Shown piece by piece: positions 57,405 to 64,000 of a DNA stretch of 64,000 nt; position 1 is the first letter of the stretch, and every line of letters starts with the position of its first letter. Origin of the DNA: Puia sp. (lineage in GTDB: Bacteria; Bacteroidota; Bacteroidia; Chitinophagales; Chitinophagaceae); NCBI GenBank assembly GCA_035555335.1, contig DATMGS010000019.1, positions 77,500-141,499 of the forward strand. Reading direction: 5' to 3'. The notes below the pieces were generated by a model. It made no database searches and was not told where the DNA came from. It saw nothing but the letters and a program-made list of their open reading frames with translations. A program made the translations under genes and the position numbers.

Positions 57405-58325
57405 TTATTCTTTCACCCGATCGAAATATTCCTTCTGAAGCTGCAGGGTCTTCGTGTCTGCCTTTACCGCGGCCAAAGCTTTTTCCAGTGAGCCGATGAC
57501 ATGTTCCGTCACCAGCTGACCGAGCTCTCGCGTTGCTTTTGACCCATCTCCTGCATAATGGTTGGGATAGTCCGCATACCACCAGATAGCCGTATAGATA
57601 TCGGGAATGGATAGCCGTTTCTGATTAGCGCCTGATTCATTGGCGGCGCTATCCATTTTCACCAGGTCGGGACGCAGGTATAACAGTACGGAAGTCTCGC
57701 GTTCACCTGCATGCTGGTCGCCGGCGGGGTCGGACTTATGAAGCCGGGCCATTTTCGCCAGATAGGACGAGTCTGTGCCGGGCTGGAAAAAATAAACGGC
57801 ATAGTCGTGCCGCTTTTCCAGCCGGGTCTGGATGAAATATTTCAGCAGCTCGGGATTCCCTCCGTGTGCGTTGATAAGCAGGATCTTGTCAAAACCATTT
57901 CTGGCAATCTCGTCGCAGGTGGCCTCCAGCATATCCCAGACGACTCTTTCCGGCAGGGCAAAAGTGCCCGGCTGATGCCTGGCTTCGTTGATCTGCCCAT
58001 AATAATAATCGGGGAAGACGACGGCATATTCCCTTTTGGTTACCCTTGCCGCCCATTCACGTACCTGGATCAGGTCCGATCCGATAGGGACGTGGGGGCC
58101 ATGCTTCTCCAAAATGCCGATGGGAAGGATACAGGTCCGGGAAGATCTGTCCAGAGCCTTCGGCCAGTCACTGGCGGTGAGCTCATCCCAGCGGCTTGGC
58201 AGGCTTTGCGGGGCCGGCGATGTTGATGAGGCCGGTGAGGGGTGCGCCGTTTGCGCGTTGACGCCGTTGTTAACGGCCAAAAGGATAAGCAGGAGCTTTA
58301 TGCCGCGACGGATACCATTTTTCAT
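57405..58325 (-). CDS. Creatininase family amidohydrolase with signal peptide
   Basis: LPIGILEKHGPH..D, NAHGGN, HAGERETS; N-terminal signal and Ser/Pro linker. Confidence 0.9.
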   Translation of the reverse strand: MKNGIRRGIKLLLILLAVNNGVNAQTAHPSPASSTSPAPQSLPSRWDELTASDWPKALDRSSRTCILPIGILEKHGPHVPIGSDLIQVREWAARVTKREYAVVFPDYYYGQINEARHQPGTFALPERVVWDMLEATCDEIARNGFDKILLINAHGGNPELLKYFIQTRLEKRHDYAVYFFQPGTDSSYLAKMARLHKSDPAGDQHAGERETSVLLYLRPDLVKMDSAANESGANQKRLSIPDIYTAIWWYADYPNHYAGDGSKATRELGQLVTEHVIGSLEKALAAVKADTKTLQLQKEYFDRVKE

Positions 58326-58409
58326 AAAAGCGGGTTGTTTTATGAATTGAAAATAAGGAATATCCTGGCAAGATGAGAATCCCCCGGTTCTATCCGGTCA
58401 TTTTACTTT

Positions 58410-58703
58410 TTATTTACCTATCAGGCGGAGATCCTGTAATTTTCTGCCAAGTTCATCATCCGACGCCAGCTTTAAAATACCGTCCTCTAATCCCAACACT
58501 CTCAATACATTAAAATAGGCTCCCATAGATACACTGGGCTTACCTTTTTCAATCTGATAAAGCGTGGTCCTGTCAATATCTGCACGTTGAGCCACTCGCA
58601 CGGTGGTTAGGTTTCTCCTTTTTCGGGCGAGTTTAATGTTTTCACCCATCTCCTCCATCATTTTTTGATATTCAGGCAGTAGAACCTGCTTTTTCTGCCG
58701 CAT
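58410..58703 (-). CDS. XRE-family HTH regulator (HipB-like antitoxin type)
   Basis: MGENIKLARKRRNLTTVRVAQRADIDRTTLYQIEKG; start reassigned to 58703 (MRQKK). Confidence 0.85.
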   Translation of the reverse strand: MRQKKQVLLPEYQKMMEEMGENIKLARKRRNLTTVRVAQRADIDRTTLYQIEKGKPSVSMGAYFNVLRVLGLEDGILKLASDDELGRKLQDLRLIGK

Positions 58704-58762
58704 AAAAGTGTTGTATATTATCCACAAAACTAATTGAATTGTTGATAATATACAACACTTTT
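58704..58762. promoter_or_regulatory. 24-bp inverted repeat, probable autoregulatory operator
   Basis: AAAAGTGTTGTATATTATCCACAA (58704-58727) and TTGTTGATAATATACAACACTTTT (58739-58762): 23/24 complementary, 11-bp spacer, abutting the HTH start codon. Confidence 0.8.
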
Positions 58763-58791
58763 ACACCTCATGAAATTATTACCTTGCTGAG

Positions 58792-59400
58792 ATGAGAACC
58801 TCCCTTATCGTAATCGCAGCCATTGGCTGGACCCTGGTTGCCTGTGACCGGCCACAACAACCCGCCGCCCCTGCGCCCGAAACGCCAAAAGCCTTGCAGG
58901 AAAATTCAGATGTTAGTTTACTCCGTATGTCGAAAAGCAGGGACAAAGACCTGGTAGAAGATCTCTATAAAGAACTTACCGAAAAGCGGCCGGAATTGAA
59001 CGAGCTGGAAACGGCCATCGGTGAACTTCCGGAAAAGAAGGCCGATTCCCTGAAGCCATTTGATGCATATAACCAGGATAACAATGCTTACTATGGCTCC
59101 GCGGACAGGCATGTTTCGCAGATCCGGGATTCCGTCCTCCGGGAAAAGATAAAAACGCTTATTGCTAAAAGTGAATCAGCATATAAAGACAAAGTGGCCC
59201 GTCATAGTAGTTTAATCGATGCTATCAACGCAAAAACGGCTTCGCTGGAAGACTTACATCTTGCCTTAAAAATAACAAAGACGATCGCTGTCATCGAGCG
59301 CTATCAAAATGAGCATATCCCCGGGACAGCTCCCCTGCAAAACATTATCCGGCAATATGAGAAAGAAATCAAAAAGACCGATTCATTAATAAAGGAATAG
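58792..59400 (+). CDS. Hypothetical lipoprotein (helical/coiled-coil)
   Basis: Lipobox LVAC; charged helical body. Confidence 0.8.
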   Translation: MRTSLIVIAAIGWTLVACDRPQQPAAPAPETPKALQENSDVSLLRMSKSRDKDLVEDLYKELTEKRPELNELETAIGELPEKKADSLKPFDAYNQDNNAYYGSADRHVSQIRDSVLREKIKTLIAKSESAYKDKVARHSSLIDAINAKTASLEDLHLALKITKTIAVIERYQNEHIPGTAPLQNIIRQYEKEIKKTDSLIKE

Positions 59401-59422
59401 GGTTTAATAGCGCAGCCTGCTG

Positions 59423-60145
59423 TCACCGTTTAGGCAACCGGTTGTCCAATAATTGCCGGAGAACGGAATCCCGTTCGGTGCGGCTGATAGGGATATGGTG
59501 TGGTCCGATCCTGATATCATTGCCTTCAATGCTCTCTATCTTATCAGCGGCCACGATAAAGGATTTGTGGGTACGGATGAACCGGTCGGCGGGCAGATAG
59601 GCTTCAATGCCGTGAAAGGTGAGGTAGGCGATATGTTTTTTACCGGTTGTCTGAATGGCTATATAATTTTGCAGGGCTTCCACAAAGAGGATCTCATCGA
59701 ATCGGATCTTCATCAGTTTGTTATCGCTTTTTAGGAAGAAATAATCTTTTTGGGGGTCAGCGTTTTCTGTGGGCGCCTGCATGGATGATTCTTTCAATTT
59801 CCTTGCCTTCATTACCGATTTGCAAAAGCGATCGAAGGAAAAAGGCTTTACGAGGTAATCGATCGCGTTTAATTCGAATCCTTCGACGGCATATTGGGGA
59901 TAAGCGGTAGTGAATATAATCATTGGAGGATGGGACAGGGTCTTCAGAAAATCCACTCCTGTCATTTTCGGCATCTGTATGTCGAGGAAAAGTAAGTCTG
60001 CTTTTTGTTGCAGGATGGTGTCGATGGCTTTTATGGGATTGTCGAATTCGCCGGCCAGTTGCAGAAACCCCAGGTCCTGTATATATTCTTTCAGGCCTTT
60101 GCGGGCCAGGGGCTCATCGTCTATGATGATACAGCGTAATATCAT
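59423..60145 (-). CDS. LytTR family response regulator
   Basis: IIDDEP, FLDIQMP, TTAY, DYLVKP; LytTR domain FIRTHKSFIV. Confidence 0.96.
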   Translation of the reverse strand: MILRCIIIDDEPLARKGLKEYIQDLGFLQLAGEFDNPIKAIDTILQQKADLLFLDIQMPKMTGVDFLKTLSHPPMIIFTTAYPQYAVEGFELNAIDYLVKPFSFDRFCKSVMKARKLKESSMQAPTENADPQKDYFFLKSDNKLMKIRFDEILFVEALQNYIAIQTTGKKHIAYLTFHGIEAYLPADRFIRTHKSFIVAADKIESIEGNDIRIGPHHIPISRTERDSVLRQLLDNRLPKR

Positions 60146-61182
60146 GAGAGATGGAGATTGAGTATTACTTTAAAGGTAGCATCATTATCCTGGATTTTCA
60201 ATTCATGTTTTTCGGGGTATAGTAAGGCCAGTCTTCGTTTTACGTTGTTCAGGCCGATGCCGCCGGGCAGGGCCGGGGCGGGGGCGGCCTGGCTGTTCGG
60301 ACGTTCCCTGGAATTTTCCACGACGAAATGGAATATATTTTTTTCCCGGCGAAGGTCCACCCGTACAAAGTTCCGCTGGTCGGTATGATGTGAAATATGT
60401 TTGAAGGCATTTTCCACGAAAGGGGTGAGCAACAGGGGGGTAATGTTGAAGCCGCTTATTTCCTCTCCGATCCGTACTTCTATTTCGTAATGCTGGTCCC
60501 TGCGGAGCCTTTGCAGTTTTATATAGTCCTGTAAATAGGTGATCTCTTTTTCGATCCCGATGGTGTCTGCGTTGCAATCGTATAACTGGTAGCGCAGAAG
60601 GTCGGAGAATTGCAGCAGGGATTGACGGGCTGCGGCATTCTGCTTGTCGATAAGGAAATAGATGGCATTCAGGGAGTTGAATAAAAGGTGCGGGTTGATC
60701 TGTGATTTCAGGAAGTTCAGTTCCGCCTCCGATTTTTCCCGGGAGACCTCTGCCAGTCGTCGTTGTGAACGGGCATAGTCCATTAATAATTTAAAGGCTG
60801 CCCCGGTGCTGACCAGTAAGAAATGAGGAATTACATTGTCATATACTCTTACTTTAAAGTCGCTCCAAAAATTAAAATAGTTGGGGCGGTGCATGATTTG
60901 TTCTTCCAGACGCATCTTGAGCAGACTGAAGGAAAATACGAATACGATAAAAGTACAGGCAAATAATACATATTTCTTTTTGTACAGCAGCCGGGGAATC
61001 AGTAAATAGTTGGTCATGTATACCATCAGGGCAAGATCTCCCACTTTTAGCAGGTTGAGCCACCAGCCCAGGCGAGGGGGATAGTCCTGGTAACGGAAAT
61101 AGTACCAGCCGAAGAATAGCACTGCCCACGCCGGAAGGTGATGTATTTTATAGCGGCGTAAGAAAGATAGTATTCTTTTCAT
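60142..61182 (-). CDS. LytS-type sensor histidine kinase
   Basis: N-terminal TM helices; LKSQINPHLLFNSLN, PFVENAFKH, GGIGLNNVKRRL; ATGA overlap with the regulator. Confidence 0.95.
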   Translation of the reverse strand: MKRILSFLRRYKIHHLPAWAVLFFGWYYFRYQDYPPRLGWWLNLLKVGDLALMVYMTNYLLIPRLLYKKKYVLFACTFIVFVFSFSLLKMRLEEQIMHRPNYFNFWSDFKVRVYDNVIPHFLLVSTGAAFKLLMDYARSQRRLAEVSREKSEAELNFLKSQINPHLLFNSLNAIYFLIDKQNAAARQSLLQFSDLLRYQLYDCNADTIGIEKEITYLQDYIKLQRLRRDQHYEIEVRIGEEISGFNITPLLLTPFVENAFKHISHHTDQRNFVRVDLRREKNIFHFVVENSRERPNSQAAPAPALPGGIGLNNVKRRLALLYPEKHELKIQDNDATFKVILNLHLS

Positions 61183-61382
61183 GGCTCAAAATAAATATAC
61201 AAAATCCAAAGCGTATTTTTTCTTACATCAAGGGTGGATCCTGCCTGATGAAATGCATTTCCCCCGCTACGTTGCTGAATATCCCGTATTCCCTGCGGCT
61301 GGTCAAAGAAATTATTCAGGACCGGGAGTCTTGTGTTGTTTTGTGATGAAACATTCATTTTTTCATTTTAAAACTTACATGT

Positions 61383-61832
61383 ATGTTACCTTTAAATGTA
61401 AAGCATTGGTGCGCGCTCACGTCGGTGGCGCTTTGTTTGACCTTATCCACCCTGGCTTCCAGGGCGGGGTTAGACAGTTTTGAGATCTATCTTAATGATA
61501 AGCTGCTTGAAAAGATGGTGGCGGGGAAAGCATTCAGCCTGGAAAGCCTGCGACTGGACAAATCCAATTCCAATGATCGGCTGGTAATCTATTATTCCCA
61601 ATGTAATGCTGTCGGGAAAACGGGGAAAGAGAGAAGTATCTCTGTAAAGGACAGTAAGGGGAAAATATTGAAGGAATGGAAGTTTGCCGATGCCACGGGA
61701 ACCGATGCGGGGATGACGATACCGGTGAAAGAGCTGCTGCAGCTGGAAAAGGACAAAACGGGAGGAGCCCTTAGTCTTTATTATACCGCCCAGGGGCGTC
61801 CCGAAGGCCAACTGCTCGCGTCTTTTAGTTAG
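61383..61832 (+). CDS. Secreted hypothetical protein, divergent from the LytS/LytTR pair
   Basis: Signal peptide followed by GLDSFEIYLNDKL. Confidence 0.75.
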   Translation: MLPLNVKHWCALTSVALCLTLSTLASRAGLDSFEIYLNDKLLEKMVAGKAFSLESLRLDKSNSNDRLVIYYSQCNAVGKTGKERSISVKDSKGKILKEWKFADATGTDAGMTIPVKELLQLEKDKTGGALSLYYTAQGRPEGQLLASFS

Positions 61833-62205
61833 GTTTGTTGCTACTGATCTCTATGGTATGATAAATGAGCGTGTTCAGATCTTTTACCCGGATCACCGTA
61901 TTATGCTCATCCGTGAGGACTGCCTCGATATGGATGCATTGATTCTCCGTGCTGTTGACGGCGCTGTTGACCAGCTGCGACAACACATAAGCCAGCGTAT
62001 GCTGATCGGCGATGACCGCCAATTCCTTGGGAATGTCGTTTAATAAGATGTTGTTGCGTTTGACGGCAAAGGGCTGCAGGCTGGTGATCAGCTGGCTGAC
62101 AATCTGATGGACGAATGTTCTGGGTTCGGAAGGGGACGAAGTCATTCCGGTCAAACCGGCGGATTCTGCACTCGCTGAATGGGAGAAAAAAGGTCGGGGC
62201 TTCAT
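61825..62205 (-). CDS. Small protein resembling an isolated partial HATPase_c domain
   Basis: LLNDIPKELAVIADQHTLAYVLSQLVNSAV...IRVKD resembles the kinase N-box region; no H-box or G-boxes. Confidence 0.5.
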   Translation of the reverse strand: MKPRPFFSHSASAESAGLTGMTSSPSEPRTFVHQIVSQLITSLQPFAVKRNNILLNDIPKELAVIADQHTLAYVLSQLVNSAVNSTENQCIHIEAVLTDEHNTVIRVKDLNTLIYHTIEISSNKPN

Positions 62206-62389
62206 ACAATCAAATTTTTAAAAGATTTAAAAAAGCAACTCCGGTTCTGGTAGATATGGACGGCAGCGATGTTAGGGATAGAGGCGAAAAAGGGCCCTAT
62301 AAAAAACTACAACAGCGTAGTTCAACAGCGATGCCAAAATACAATCGATTGATTGCTATAATATTGTGGCTGATCAAAAAAGACGGATA

Positions 62390-62681
62390 TTCCAAAAATG
62401 GGAGACTTGATTGCAAATAGGGAATCGGGCGGGGGCTGTGATAATCGGGCGGGGGTTCTGCTATGCCGGTCAATAAATCCCCATAAAGTGGTAGGGGCAA
62501 AAAAAAAGGAGCAGTATAGAAATACACTCCCGTTTTTAATCCAATATCCTATGAAAAACCGAATAGGGTAATTCAATAGGAATGCCAAATTGCAATGTGT
62601 TGATTTTTAAATAGTTAAACACGAGGCCAGCCTGCCGCGTTCCAAAAACGGGAGAATTGATAGCAAATCGGGAATCCGGCG
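62390..62681. repeat. Pair of 42-bp imperfect direct repeats 250 bp apart
   Basis: TTCCAAAAATGGGAGACTTGATTGCAAATAGGGAATCGGGCG (62390-62431) versus TTCCAAAAACGGGAGAATTGATAGCAAATCGGGAATCCGGCG (62640-62681), 37/42 identical. Confidence 0.85.
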
Positions 62682-62690
62682 CCCGCAGCG

Positions 62691-64000
<1,310 letters not shown>

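Noticed and set aside
61181-61483. 100-aa ORF in the LytS divergent promoter region
   Set aside because: It overlaps the kinase start and the 61383 gene in another frame, and it has no recognisable motifs.

Overview
A Bacteroidota chromosomal window, most consistent with Chitinophagaceae (TAnnTTTG -7 promoters, gldF/gldG, seven T9SS C-terminal-domain proteins, MurF-Alr fusion, eukaryote-type GlyRS). Housekeeping genes (glyQS, mfd, acpP-fabF-rnc, mce, iscS, gldFG, alr, lspA, fumC) alternate with secreted T9SS cargo (two paralogous S8 proteases, choice-of-anchor-like proteins, a PQQ-type sugar dehydrogenase) and accessory blocks. No rRNA, tRNA, CRISPR array, integrase or transposase was recognised. 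The best candidate for an undescribed system is a co-oriented heme-enzyme cluster at 49038-55005: an internally repeated membrane protein, a GST-fold/cytochrome P450 fusion, a membrane-anchored protein with a duplicated TIH[YF]ARW..SN[YF]DG domain, a DyP peroxidase and an ABA4/DUF4281 membrane protein, with no ferredoxin or reductase. I infer a peroxide- or lipid-hydroperoxide-coupled oxidative pathway. The second candidate is an AT-rich two-gene cassette at 2774-4350 (ABC-type ATPase plus PD-(D/E)xK-like nuclease) with an anti-phage-like architecture. Also notable: an SDR and an AraC gene eroded by internal deletions, an orphan HipB-like regulator with a 24-bp inverted-repeat operator, a 37-aa small ORF with its own terminator, and a switch-like RNA structure in the fabF leader. 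All family assignments come from motif recognition by eye; no database searches were run.
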